64,000 nt of DNA from Candidatus Nanosyncoccus sp. (GTDB lineage: Bacteria; Patescibacteriota; Saccharimonadia; Saccharimonadales; Saccharimonadaceae): contig JAZRJZ010000006.1 of NCBI GenBank assembly GCA_045646085.1, positions 17,164 through 81,163 of the forward strand. The letters are read 5' to 3'. The notes under the pieces are model-generated. The model worked only from the letters and a program-made list of their open reading frames with translations. It ran no database searches and was not told the DNA's origin. Shown here in pieces: positions 17,135 to 28,527 of this stretch. The position numbers and the translations under genes are program-made. Position 1 is the first letter of the stretch; each line of letters opens with the position of its first letter.

Positions 17135-17488
17135 ATGAAGCATAACCGAATTATCTACATAGTAAGTAGCATAGGACTCGCAGTTTTAATACTTATGCTC
17201 ACACTAACATCACCGACGGACATAGGACCTTTCGGTGTTTTATTATTTTTTACAACATTATATTTAGTATCTTTCGGCATTATAACCCTACTTATGCAGG
17301 CCTTCATCAAAATTGCTCTCAAAAAATCCACCTTCCGCAATAAAGATTATCTTTATTCAGCTGTTCTTGCTTTTGGCCCAATTATGCTTCTGATGGCGCG
17401 CTCATTTGGTGCGATTAACCCTTGGACAATCGGCCTAATCGTGGTTTTTCTATTTTTAGCCGAATTTTTAGTATACAAAAGAATCTAA
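17135..17488 (+). CDS. Small polytopic membrane protein
   Basis: Four hydrophobic helices. It is the first gene of the cluster with the VirD4-like ATPase. Confidence 0.5.
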   Translation: MKHNRIIYIVSSIGLAVLILMLTLTSPTDIGPFGVLLFFTTLYLVSFGIITLLMQAFIKIALKKSTFRNKDYLYSAVLAFGPIMLLMARSFGAINPWTIGLIVVFLFLAEFLVYKRI

Positions 17489-17507
17489 AATGTGCTAAAA
17501 TAAGCAT

Positions 17508-18011
17508 ATGGACTATGGTCAACCTGTTAATCCGGATAATAATCAGCCCTTTTTTACGGCTGATAGTGGCACAAATCTCGAAAAAGCTCACACCGCTGAG
17601 GATGATTTTAATTCAAACAGTTGGGATGTTTCGACCGAACGAGATAACAGAGAGTTAGGTAATGCTGCTATCTCCTCATCTGAGATGATAGATCTCCCGC
17701 TTCCAGGCGAAAATCCAGAAAACAACCACGAGCTTGGCGAGGTGATAACTCCAGCAATTACGTCTACTCCCACCCCAGAAAATGTCTCAGTCGCACCAGC
17801 ACAGAACGCCACTAAAGAAACAAGCCACGGCGAGGTCAAAACCGAAGAAAACATCTCTAAAAGCGCAGTCAAAATCATCGAAGACGAATTCGATAAATTC
17901 AACAAAACCGGCAATGCGACCGAGCTTTATACTGTCATCAGAGGCGAAGGCGGTCTAACTGATCAAAACCTAAAAAACTCCTATGATCGAGAGTTAGGGA
18001 AGGCAGCATAA
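17508..18011 (+). CDS. Hypothetical acidic protein
   Basis: The ORF abuts the next gene (TAA-ATG). Confidence 0.45.
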   Translation: MDYGQPVNPDNNQPFFTADSGTNLEKAHTAEDDFNSNSWDVSTERDNRELGNAAISSSEMIDLPLPGENPENNHELGEVITPAITSTPTPENVSVAPAQNATKETSHGEVKTEENISKSAVKIIEDEFDKFNKTGNATELYTVIRGEGGLTDQNLKNSYDRELGKAA

Positions 18012-20819
18012 ATGGATACTTGGGTGGTTATCTTAATAATCTTAGTAGCAATCATCCTTTTCATCTCTATAATTTTTGGCTCAAAAATTGCGAAACTCAG
18101 AAAAGCCAAGAGGTACGAGCGTGGCCTCAAGATGGTCCCACTCCTAATCCATCTTCCACCAACCACCGATGACATCGACGCCGGTAGCCGGGATGCTCGC
18201 GATGTCGCCAATGAAGCCGTCTCTAAGGCTCAGGTAATGTATTCCATCCTTGCATCCACTATCACCAAGGGGTTCAAGACCAAACTGTACGGTCAACGCC
18301 ACTTCTCTTTCGAAATCATCGCAAAAGATGGCTTTATCAGATATTATGCGGTAGTTCCAGCCGTTCTAACAGAGACGGTCAAGCAAGCAATTCAGTCCGC
18401 ATATCCTACCGCTCGTCTAGAGGAAAAACACGAAGAAAACATCTTTGAAGGTGGAGCTGGTGCAGAAGCAGTCGCCGGGGCCGAGCTCACCCTTAACAAA
18501 GAGTTCTATCTCCCTATTGCAACTTACGAAGACACCAAGCGCGACGCTTCCATGGCCTTGCTCAACGCACTCTCTTCAGTGCGCAAAAATGAAGGAGCGG
18601 CTGTACAACTTTTGTTCCGCCCTGCACAAAAAAATTGGTCAAGTCATGGCAAAGAATACATAGAAAGCGTTCAAAAAGGCAAAAAAGTCACTACTGGTGG
18701 CGCTTTGTTTGGCCAACTCATTATAGATATCATTAGAGCCCCATTTGAGCCTCCCGCCGAAAGGGAAGAAAAGAAAACCGAGATTATCACCAATGTCAAA
18801 CAAAGCGAAATAGAGGCTATTGCTAATAAAATGCGCTTTCCGGCCTTTGAAACCCTAATCAGGGTTATAGCCAGCTCCGAGAATAGTTCGCGCTCAGAGG
18901 CGATTATGGGCGGTATTGTTAGTGCCTTTTCTCAGTTCAACTCCCCAGTAAACAATGGTTTCAAGGTCAACACCATGAAAGATTCAAAAAAGTTAGTTAT
19001 AGACTACACTTTTAGATTTTTCCCAATCAGAATTACCTCAAACATCCTAAACAGTGTCGAGCTCGCCTCTGTTTTCCATCTTCCAGAACAAAAATCTATT
19101 CCGACTTCTCAGGTTGAACGCCAGCTTACCAAGCAAGTAGACGGTCCAGCCAGATTGGCTACCGAAGGCGTATTGTTAGGAATCAACGAATTCCGAGGCA
19201 ACAAGAAAGCAATCTATCTAGACGACAAAAACCGTCGTCGCCATATGTACGTAATTGGTCAAACTGGTATGGGTAAATCCGTTTTCCTCGAGAATATCGC
19301 CTTTCAAGATATGTGCGACGGGCGAGGTTTTGCCTTTATTGACCCGCACGGAGATGCCGTAGAGGCTCTTTTGAAGCGTGTCCCAGAGGAGCGTATCGAT
19401 GACGTTATCTATTTCGATCCATCAGATATCGAACACCCGGTCGGTATGAATATGTTTGAATATGCCACCGAAGATCAAAAAGATTTCATCGTCCAAGAGG
19501 GTATTAGTATGCTTCAATCTCTCTTCGACCCCCAAAACCAAGGTTTCTTCGGTCCACGCGGCCAACATATGTTCCGCAACGCCGCCCTTCTCTTAATGTC
19601 AGATCCAGCTGGCGCAACATTTATCGACATCCCTCAGTGTTTCACCGATCCAGAGTTCGTCAAATCTAAACTAAAATACGTTACCGATAAGGCAGTCTAT
19701 GATTATTGGACCAAGGAATATCCAGAGTCTCGCAAATCCAATGACTCCGGCGAAGTGGTGACCTGGTTTGCCTCTAAATGGGGTCCATTCCTCGCAAATA
19801 CTATTATGCGTAACACCTTAGGTCAAGTTAAATCTGGCTTTAATATTCGCGAAATCATGGACGGCAAAAAAATCTTCCTCGTCAACCTATCAAAGGGTAA
19901 ACTAGGCGATATTAACTCAAATCTTCTCGGTATGATTTTTGTCATGAAATTCCAACAGGCCGCAATGAGCCGCCAAGACATCCCAGAAGATCAGCGTCAA
20001 GACTTCTGTCTTTATGTAGATGAGTTTCAGAATTTTGCAACAGATAGTTTCGAATCCATTCTCTCCGAGGCTCGCAAATATCGTTTGAATCTAATTGTGG
20101 CCAACCAATTCATGACCCAGCTCACCGACAAAATCAGGGAAGCATTACTTGGTAACGTCGGCACAATCGTATGCGGTCGTGTTGGTGTTACGGATGCCGA
20201 TTTGATGGTAAAAGCCTTTACTCCTACCTTTACCGCCGAAGATCTCACTAAGACGCCAAATTATCACGCCGTAGCTAAAGTGATGATGTTTGACATGCCT
20301 TCGGCGCCGTTCACCATGAGTCTCCCGTCCCCAATGGGAGAGCCAAATACAGAATTAATGGAGTCGCTCAAGGTTTACTCTGCTACTAAGTACGGCAAGT
20401 CTCGCGCAGAAGTAGAAAAAGAAATTCAAGATCGCTGGTCTGCAGCCGAAAAAGCAAAAGGTGGCGAAATGGGCGATTTAAAGGACGCTGGCGACGCGTT
20501 AGCGTCAAGGCCCAGTAATTTACCGTCTGAACAGCCACAGGCCCCTTCTGGAGCCTCTGAGAGGCCAAAGAAAGGATTTTTGGACAAGTGGATGTCCCAA
20601 AAAGCCACCCAGCCAGCGCCATCGACCGCGCCAACGCCAACTCCAGAGCCTACTCCAACTCCAGCATCAGTGCCAGAACCAGAGCCAATCCCTGAACCAC
20701 CTGTTGCCGAGCCTGAACCAGCTCCAAAACCAGAGCCCGCGCCTGAGCCTACTCCCGAACCCACTCCTGAACCTCCTGTCGAAGAACATCCTCAAGAAGT
20801 AGTTTTCAGAGTAAGATAG
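18012..20819 (+). CDS. Membrane-anchored TraD/VirD4/TraG-like (FtsK/HerA superfamily) P-loop ATPase with a Pro/Glu-rich tail
   Basis: N-terminal TM helix; Walker A GQTGMGKS; Walker B LYVDEFQNF; C-terminal ~70 aa of PEPTPEP-type low complexity. Confidence 0.6.
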   Translation: MDTWVVILIILVAIILFISIIFGSKIAKLRKAKRYERGLKMVPLLIHLPPTTDDIDAGSRDARDVANEAVSKAQVMYSILASTITKGFKTKLYGQRHFSFEIIAKDGFIRYYAVVPAVLTETVKQAIQSAYPTARLEEKHEENIFEGGAGAEAVAGAELTLNKEFYLPIATYEDTKRDASMALLNALSSVRKNEGAAVQLLFRPAQKNWSSHGKEYIESVQKGKKVTTGGALFGQLIIDIIRAPFEPPAEREEKKTEIITNVKQSEIEAIANKMRFPAFETLIRVIASSENSSRSEAIMGGIVSAFSQFNSPVNNGFKVNTMKDSKKLVIDYTFRFFPIRITSNILNSVELASVFHLPEQKSIPTSQVERQLTKQVDGPARLATEGVLLGINEFRGNKKAIYLDDKNRRRHMYVIGQTGMGKSVFLENIAFQDMCDGRGFAFIDPHGDAVEALLKRVPEERIDDVIYFDPSDIEHPVGMNMFEYATEDQKDFIVQEGISMLQSLFDPQNQGFFGPRGQHMFRNAALLLMSDPAGATFIDIPQCFTDPEFVKSKLKYVTDKAVYDYWTKEYPESRKSNDSGEVVTWFASKWGPFLANTIMRNTLGQVKSGFNIREIMDGKKIFLVNLSKGKLGDINSNLLGMIFVMKFQQAAMSRQDIPEDQRQDFCLYVDEFQNFATDSFESILSEARKYRLNLIVANQFMTQLTDKIREALLGNVGTIVCGRVGVTDADLMVKAFTPTFTAEDLTKTPNYHAVAKVMMFDMPSAPFTMSLPSPMGEPNTELMESLKVYSATKYGKSRAEVEKEIQDRWSAAEKAKGGEMGDLKDAGDALASRPSNLPSEQPQAPSGASERPKKGFLDKWMSQKATQPAPSTAPTPTPEPTPTPASVPEPEPIPEPPVAEPEPAPKPEPAPEPTPEPTPEPPVEEHPQEVVFRVR

Positions 20820-20910
20820 ACGTCAGCGACCGACAGGATCTGCCAAGATGCTTGCTTTTTTTATTTTAAGGTGTATAATAAATAAAGATATAAATAAAGA
20901 AGAGGTAAAA

Positions 20911-22896
20911 ATGGCTGGAAAAGCTGAAGAATATGATTCGTCCGAAATTCGGGTGCTAGAGGGACTAGAGCCTGTGCGTTTAAGGCCAGGCATGTATATC
21001 GGTTCCACCGGTTACGACGGGCTACATCACTTAATCAAAGAAATCGCTGATAACTCTATCGATGAGGCTATCGCAGGGTTCGCTAACAGAGTAGATATCA
21101 CTATTCTTAGCGACGGAGGTATCCGTATCGATGATAACGGTCGTGGTATCCCTGTAGATATCCACCCTAAGACTGGTAAATCTACTCTAGAAACGGTGCT
21201 TACCGTACTTCACGCCGGTGGTAAATTCGGTGATGGCGGCTACAAAGTTTCGTCGGGTCTTCACGGCGTAGGTTCATCAGTAGTAAATGCCCTTTCATCA
21301 GCCATGATTGCTGAAGTTTACAGAGACGGCAAGACCCACCATATCGAATTCGACACCGGTAAACCTACCATGGACCTCAAAGTTACCAAAGGTTGCCCTC
21401 GCGAGTCTGGTACCTCTATTGCTTTTTATCCAGATCCGGCCATTTTTAAAGAAACCACCACTTTTGATTATAATTGGATTTCTAATTATGCTAGGCACCA
21501 AGCCTATCTTACCAAGGGCGTCTTAATCACAGTTACAGACGAGCGCACAAACGCTCATGAATCTTTTTACTTCGAAGGCGGCATCAAGAGCTATGTCAAG
21601 CGTCTCAATAATGGCAAAGAGCTCCTCTCTGACGATATCTTTTATGTAGAAAAGCAAGTCCAGGACGCTATGATAGAGGTAGCACTTCAATATAATGATT
21701 CCTTTGCTGAGACCTTGAAACCTTTCGCTAACAACGTTCTCACCCCCGATGGTGGTATGCACGTGGTTGGTTTTCGTACTGGTCTTACCCGTACAGTCAA
21801 CGATTACGCCCGCAAAAACAACCTCTTAAAAGAGAAAGAAGATAATCTTACTGGTGATGATATCAAGGAAGGTCTCACCGCTGTTATCTTGGTCAAACTA
21901 CCAGATCCACAATTCGAGGGTCAGACCAAGAACAAGCTTGGCAATCCAGAAATTCGCGGCTATGTCGACAAGGTTATGAGCGAATATTTCGGCTACTACC
22001 TCGAAGAAAATCCCGCCATTGCCAAAAAAATCGTCGGTAAAGCTACTCTAGCCGCCAGAGCTCGCAAAGCTGCTCGCGCTGCTCGTGACAACGTTATCAG
22101 GAAAGGTGCTTTCGAGGGCCTCAACCTTCCGTCCAAGCTCGCCGATTGTTCCAGTCGTAACAGGGAAGATTGTGAACTCTTTATCGTAGAGGGTAACTCC
22201 GCGGCTGGCTCCGCTAAGGAAGGTCGCAATCCTCAGATTCAGGCCATCTTGCCACTAAGAGGTAAGGTATTAAATACTGAGCGCGCTAGACTAGACAAAA
22301 TGCTTGCCAACCAAGAATTGGTTTCTCTCATCAAAGGTCTCGGCGTTGGTATCGGTGATCAATTCAATATCGACGGCCTCAGATACGACAAAATCATCTT
22401 CATGACTGATGCCGATGTAGACGGTCTTCATATTGCGACGCTTCTCATGACCTTCTTCTTCCGCTATATGCCTCAGGTTATAGAGCAAGGTCACGTTTAT
22501 CTAGCCAAACCACCTCTATTCGGCTTAATCAAAGGCACGGGTAATACTCGCAAAATTGACTACGTTTATGATGAGGTCGCTCTCGAGAACAAACTCACCG
22601 AAAAAATCGAAGAGCGCAGGAAAGCTGGCACCAAAATTGACGAGTCTCAAGAGAGGTTTAAGCAAGCCGGTTATACCGCCCAACAGCGCTTCAAGGGTCT
22701 TGGCGAAATGGACGCCAAACAGCTTTGGGACACTACTATGGATCCAGAGAATCGCATCCTAGTCAGAGTTCATATCGAAGACGCCGAAAGCGCTGACGCC
22801 GTATTTACGAAACTAATGGGAGATCAGGTCGAACTCCGCAAAAACTTCATCCAAGCCGGCGCCGCATCTGTTAATCTGGATGATTTGGACTTTTAA
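20911..22896 (+). CDS. gyrB: DNA gyrase subunit B
   Basis: LEGLEPVRLRPGMYIGS, GGKF, the EGNSAGGSAK Toprim motif and PLRGKVLN. The start was trimmed to MAGKAEEY behind the RBS. Confidence 0.95.
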   Translation: MAGKAEEYDSSEIRVLEGLEPVRLRPGMYIGSTGYDGLHHLIKEIADNSIDEAIAGFANRVDITILSDGGIRIDDNGRGIPVDIHPKTGKSTLETVLTVLHAGGKFGDGGYKVSSGLHGVGSSVVNALSSAMIAEVYRDGKTHHIEFDTGKPTMDLKVTKGCPRESGTSIAFYPDPAIFKETTTFDYNWISNYARHQAYLTKGVLITVTDERTNAHESFYFEGGIKSYVKRLNNGKELLSDDIFYVEKQVQDAMIEVALQYNDSFAETLKPFANNVLTPDGGMHVVGFRTGLTRTVNDYARKNNLLKEKEDNLTGDDIKEGLTAVILVKLPDPQFEGQTKNKLGNPEIRGYVDKVMSEYFGYYLEENPAIAKKIVGKATLAARARKAARAARDNVIRKGAFEGLNLPSKLADCSSRNREDCELFIVEGNSAAGSAKEGRNPQIQAILPLRGKVLNTERARLDKMLANQELVSLIKGLGVGIGDQFNIDGLRYDKIIFMTDADVDGLHIATLLMTFFFRYMPQVIEQGHVYLAKPPLFGLIKGTGNTRKIDYVYDEVALENKLTEKIEERRKAGTKIDESQERFKQAGYTAQQRFKGLGEMDAKQLWDTTMDPENRILVRVHIEDAESADAVFTKLMGDQVELRKNFIQAGAASVNLDDLDF

Positions 22897-22905
22897 GGAG
22901 GAACT

Positions 22906-25488
22906 ATGGAAGACGAACAGAATTTGAAAAAAAACCCGATGGAATCACCATCTGAGGACCATTCGCGACCAACGGGGAGCGAGCGAGCGAGCGACGCCCG
23001 TAACGACGGGTCGGCGCGAAGCGTGTCCGAAGATGGTGTTCCAGAGGGTATAGAGATTAAACCTGTCGAACATACCATGGAAGACTACTTCCTCAGATAT
23101 TCCATGTCCGTCATTGTTGACCGCGCCCTCCCTGATGTCCGCGACGGCTTAAAGCCGGTCAACAGGCGTATTCTCTATACCATGAACAAAAACGGCTGGA
23201 AGGCTCCTCACGCCACAGTCAAATCCGCTCGTATCGTCGGCGACGTCATGGGTAAATATCACCCTCATGGCGACTCGTCTATCTATATGGCGATGGTCAA
23301 CCTCGCTCAGCCTTGGAAAATGCGCTACACCTTGATCGAGGGTCAGGGTAACTTTGGTTCAATGGATGGGGACGAACCAGCTGCCTACCGTTATACCGAG
23401 GCTCGCATGGACAAAGTTGGCGCCGAGTTACTTACCGATATAGAGAAAGACACTGTAGATTTCCGTGATAATTTTGACGGTACCGAGCAAGAACCGGTAG
23501 TTTTGCCGGCCGCTCTCCCCAATATTCTCTTAAACGGCCAGATGGGCATCGCTGTTGGTATGGCTACCAATATCCCTCCACACAACCTCGGAGAATTAGT
23601 AGACGCTACTGTTGCCCAAATCGATAATCCAGACATCACTCTAGATGAACTAATGAAACACGTCAAAGGTCCAGATTTCCCAACTGGTGCCGAGGTTTAC
23701 GGTGGTGCACCGATGAAACAAGCCTACGCTACAGGGAAGGGCTCTGTCGTGATTCGCGCCGTCGCTAATATCGAGGAACGCAAAAACAGCCGTTATAACA
23801 TCGTGATTACAGAGGTACCATACGGCATGAGTAAAGAGGGCTTCATCGAAAAAGTCCGCGAATTGGTACTCGCCAAAAAACTAGATCACATTGCCGATGC
23901 TCGCGACGAATCCGCCAGAGGCAAAATCCGCATCGTTGTAGAGCTAAAGAAAGACGCTTTCCCCAAGAAAATCCTCAATCAACTCTACAAACTCACTCCG
24001 CTCCAAACCGCATTTCATTATAATATGCTCGCCCTCGTTGATGGCGTCCAGCCTCGCATTCTCGGTCTTAAAGAGATTCTGGCCGAGTTCATCAAGCACC
24101 GCCAGGTTGTGACACGTCGCCGCACGGAGTTCGAACTTAAAAAAGCTAAAGAACGCGCCCATATCTTAGAAGGCTTAAAGATTGCATTAGACAATATTGA
24201 CGAGGTTATCAAAGTTATCCGCGCCTCTTATGACGACGCCGATCAACAACTCATGAAGCGTTTCGGTCTCTCTGAAATCCAAGCCAACGCTATCTTGCAA
24301 ATGCAACTTCGCCGTCTCCAAGGTCTAGAAAGAGACAAAATTGAGGATGAACTAAAACAGCTTCACGATTTGATCAAGAAATTAGAGGCAATTCTTGCCG
24401 ACGAGAAAGAAATCCTCCGCGTCATCAAAGAAGAGCTCATCGCCTTGAAAGAAAAATATGGCGACGAGCGTCGTTCCAAGATTATCAATCACGAAGTTGG
24501 CAAATTCTCCGAAGAAGAACTCATCCCTGAAGAAGAGAGTGTAATCTTGCTCACCTCTGAAAATTACATGAAACGCGTCCCGCAGGCCGACTTCCGCAAG
24601 CAAAATCGTGGCGGCAAGGGCAAGCGTGGTATGACCACCAAAGAAGAAGACGTCATTGCTCAGATTCTCACTGCGAATTCTCACGACTTCCTCTTATTCT
24701 TCACTAATCAAGGAAGATTATTCCGCATGAAAGCCTACGAAGTACCACAAGCCTCTCTGGCTGCTAAGGGGACCGCTGCTGTCAACATGCTCAATATGCA
24801 TCCAGAAGAAAAAATCACTGCCATTATCAAGCAAGGCGATGCGGGTGCTGACGGCTATCTCTTTATGGCTACCAAGAAGGGCACCATCAAGAAATCTGCC
24901 ATCAAAGATTTCTTCAATGTGCGTAGCAATGGACTGATAGCCATAAAACTCGCTGATGGCGATGAACTAAAGTGGGTCAAGGAGACTACCGGCGAGAACG
25001 ATATCGTTATTTCCACTTCCGCCGGCCAGGCCACTAGATTTAACGAAAAAGAGGTTCGTGTCATGGGTCGCTCAGCCATGGGCGTAAGAGGTATGCGTCT
25101 TCGCCCGAAGGACGAAATTGTCGGTATGGACGTAATCACCGATCCAAAGCAAAAACTAATTGCCGTTTCAGCTAACGGTTACGGTAAAGCTACCCTAGTT
25201 TCCAACTTCCCACCTCATAAGCGCGGTGGAGTAGGTATTAAAGTTGCCGCTGTTACCGCCAAAACCGGTCCGATTGTCGCTGTTCATACTTTGGATCCAT
25301 TAGCTAAAGAGGTGATTATGATGTCTACCAAGGGTCAGGCCATTCGTGTCGCGATGAAAGAAATTCCTACGCTCGGTCGCGCAACTCAGGGTGTTCGTAT
25401 CATGAAAATGAGCGAGGGTGATACCGTTGCTTCTATCGGTATCGTATTACCAGAAGAAGAAACCGAAGAAAAAGCCAAAAAAGCCTAA
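22906..25488 (+). CDS. gyrA: DNA gyrase subunit A with a ~45-aa N-terminal extension
   Basis: [31 protein letters not shown] (catalytic Tyr) and C-terminal beta-pinwheel repeats. A strong AAGGAGG RBS lies before the ATG at 22906. Confidence 0.95.
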   Translation: MEDEQNLKKNPMESPSEDHSRPTGSERASDARNDGSARSVSEDGVPEGIEIKPVEHTMEDYFLRYSMSVIVDRALPDVRDGLKPVNRRILYTMNKNGWKAPHATVKSARIVGDVMGKYHPHGDSSIYMAMVNLAQPWKMRYTLIEGQGNFGSMDGDEPAAYRYTEARMDKVGAELLTDIEKDTVDFRDNFDGTEQEPVVLPAALPNILLNGQMGIAVGMATNIPPHNLGELVDATVAQIDNPDITLDELMKHVKGPDFPTGAEVYGGAPMKQAYATGKGSVVIRAVANIEERKNSRYNIVITEVPYGMSKEGFIEKVRELVLAKKLDHIADARDESARGKIRIVVELKKDAFPKKILNQLYKLTPLQTAFHYNMLALVDGVQPRILGLKEILAEFIKHRQVVTRRRTEFELKKAKERAHILEGLKIALDNIDEVIKVIRASYDDADQQLMKRFGLSEIQANAILQMQLRRLQGLERDKIEDELKQLHDLIKKLEAILADEKEILRVIKEELIALKEKYGDERRSKIINHEVGKFSEEELIPEEESVILLTSENYMKRVPQADFRKQNRGGKGKRGMTTKEEDVIAQILTANSHDFLLFFTNQGRLFRMKAYEVPQASLAAKGTAAVNMLNMHPEEKITAIIKQGDAGADGYLFMATKKGTIKKSAIKDFFNVRSNGLIAIKLADGDELKWVKETTGENDIVISTSAGQATRFNEKEVRVMGRSAMGVRGMRLRPKDEIVGMDVITDPKQKLIAVSANGYGKATLVSNFPPHKRGGVGIKVAAVTAKTGPIVAVHTLDPLAKEVIMMSTKGQAIRVAMKEIPTLGRATQGVRIMKMSEGDTVASIGIVLPEEETEEKAKKA
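22948..23036. repeat. GC-rich imperfect palindrome with a (GCGA)4 tetranucleotide run, lying inside the gyrA N-terminal extension
   Basis: The pairs CCATCT...AGATGG, GGAC...GTCC, CGCGACC...GGTCGGCGCG and CCCGT-AACG-ACGGG are nested. It stands out from the AT-rich coding context. Confidence 0.6.
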
Positions 25489-25563
25489 GTGTTTTACAGG
25501 GGTTGAATTATTTAACAACTCGTGTCTATACTCCTCTCACAACTAAATTAACAGAGGAGTATT

Positions 25564-26646
25564 ATGAAAAAAATCTCTATACTATTTTTGCCAATTCTTG
25601 TTTTTGGATTGGTTCTTAGTCCACAAAAATCAGCTCACGCGGCAATTCAAGCCGAAAACACCACTTGGTGGTCAGTCGAGGAAATGGTCGAATTCTCTCA
25701 CCAAGTAGATAAAGAAAAAGAAGATCTTTGTCACGACGATCAAGTCTGCAAAGAAAATTTCTACCTCTCGATGTACGAGAAAGGTGGCAAGTATAGCGCA
25801 TTACTTAATTTTCTCGAGACCAGAGTATGGCTCACTTCTATTAATCCCGCCAAAGAAACCATCAAAATCTTCTATTTTGACGAAGATAATATGATGAAAC
25901 AAATGGGTATAGAAGAAAAAGCCGATCTCACTCACCTCTATTTCGGTTGGTTCGATGATTGGTCTGGACAAATCTACAACTATAACTACGAACAGTTTAT
26001 GGATGGTTCCATATCCGGCCTTCATACGATGTATGTGGGAGACGAAGCAGAAAACGGTGCTGGCTGGATCCCAGCCTGGGAAGAGGTTGAGCTATCTGTT
26101 GCTGGCTCAGATTTAATTCAAAACACCTCAGGCAAAATCGATTATGCAGCTTTTTCTGGCCCATATTTTAACGCTCAAGGGTATTTTGATATCTCCAATT
26201 GCCTCAACGCCCCAGATTATCGAGAGGGAATGGAGTGTAAACTAATGATTTCGGGCGACCAGTGGGCCTCCTATTTTCCACCTAGAAATGAAACTGAGCC
26301 AGAAAACACAATCACTAGTACGCTAGATAACTCTGTCCAGGCCGAACCAGTTGAGGGAACATCTCAAAGAGAAGGCTTAGGCGAAGCAAATATAGGGAAC
26401 GAACAAATAGCAGTGTCTTCGCAGCCTGAGCCCATAAGTAGTGTTTCATCCATACAGTCAACTAAGGAAAATGCTGTCAAAACTCCAAATACCGGCACTA
26501 TGACTCAACCCTGCGCACAAAAGACCATTGAATTTCCATGGTGGCTCGTATTTCTTATTGCGCTAGGCGATGCAGCTATTATTTGGCTCTTCTGGCCCAA
26601 AAAATCTCATAAAAATCCCAAAAAAACCCTTGACAAAGAAAAGTAA
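25564..26646 (+). CDS. Secreted protein with a C-terminal sortase-like sorting signal
   Basis: N-terminal signal peptide (…SAHA/AIQ). The C-terminus has TPNTG followed by a hydrophobic helix and a KKSHKNPKK tail. Confidence 0.5.
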   Translation: MKKISILFLPILVFGLVLSPQKSAHAAIQAENTTWWSVEEMVEFSHQVDKEKEDLCHDDQVCKENFYLSMYEKGGKYSALLNFLETRVWLTSINPAKETIKIFYFDEDNMMKQMGIEEKADLTHLYFGWFDDWSGQIYNYNYEQFMDGSISGLHTMYVGDEAENGAGWIPAWEEVELSVAGSDLIQNTSGKIDYAAFSGPYFNAQGYFDISNCLNAPDYREGMECKLMISGDQWASYFPPRNETEPENTITSTLDNSVQAEPVEGTSQREGLGEANIGNEQIAVSSQPEPISSVSSIQSTKENAVKTPNTGTMTQPCAQKTIEFPWWLVFLIALGDAAIIWLFWPKKSHKNPKKTLDKEK

Positions 26647-26658
26647 GTGCGATAAAAT
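26630..26658 (+). promoter_or_regulatory. 16S rRNA promoter (TTGACA-17-TAAAAT), overlapping the last codons of the upstream CDS
   Basis: Hexamers and spacer were read directly. Confidence 0.65.
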
Positions 26659-26777
26659 GATGACAGTCTAAAGCTGCGAGTAGATATTTTAGCAGTCTTT
26701 GGAAATAATTTAACAATTTAGTTGTGCAATTAATCATCGTCAGTTTTACTTTATGAGTTTTTGAACAAACTTATACT

Positions 26778-28306
<1,529 letters not shown>

Positions 28307-28471
28307 CTTGAGAAGGAATTGATGCTTATGAATCCGTGAGGACACATAATGCTAGGTCGGTTACGGTTGTGTTAAGTAAGCTTATAACACAACAACTCTG
28401 GTTTACCAGACGTAACACTAAGCTTTACACAAAACTACGAAGATAATTGCACAACTAAGTTGTTAAACACT

Positions 28472-28498
28472 AATCCGCCCCAAAAAGGCGGATTTTTA
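28472..28498 (+). terminator. Intrinsic terminator directly after the 16S processing stem
   Basis: AATCCGCC-CCAAAAA-GGCGGATT-TTT. Confidence 0.8.
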
Positions 28499-28527
28499 TC
28501 CTCAAATGATTATGGTACAATAAAACC

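Noticed and set aside
20426-20764. 112-aa Gly/Ser-rich minus-strand ORF
   Set aside because: It is the antisense translation of the Pro/Glu-rich low-complexity tail of the VirD4-like ATPase.
22975-22995. (GCGA)4 run, PEPT-coding repeats (20620-20790) and AAEKA-coding repeats (47200-47540), considered as CRISPR-like or tandem-repeat loci
   Set aside because: There is no repeat-spacer periodicity. All are in-frame low-complexity coding sequence, so no CRISPR array is present in the window.
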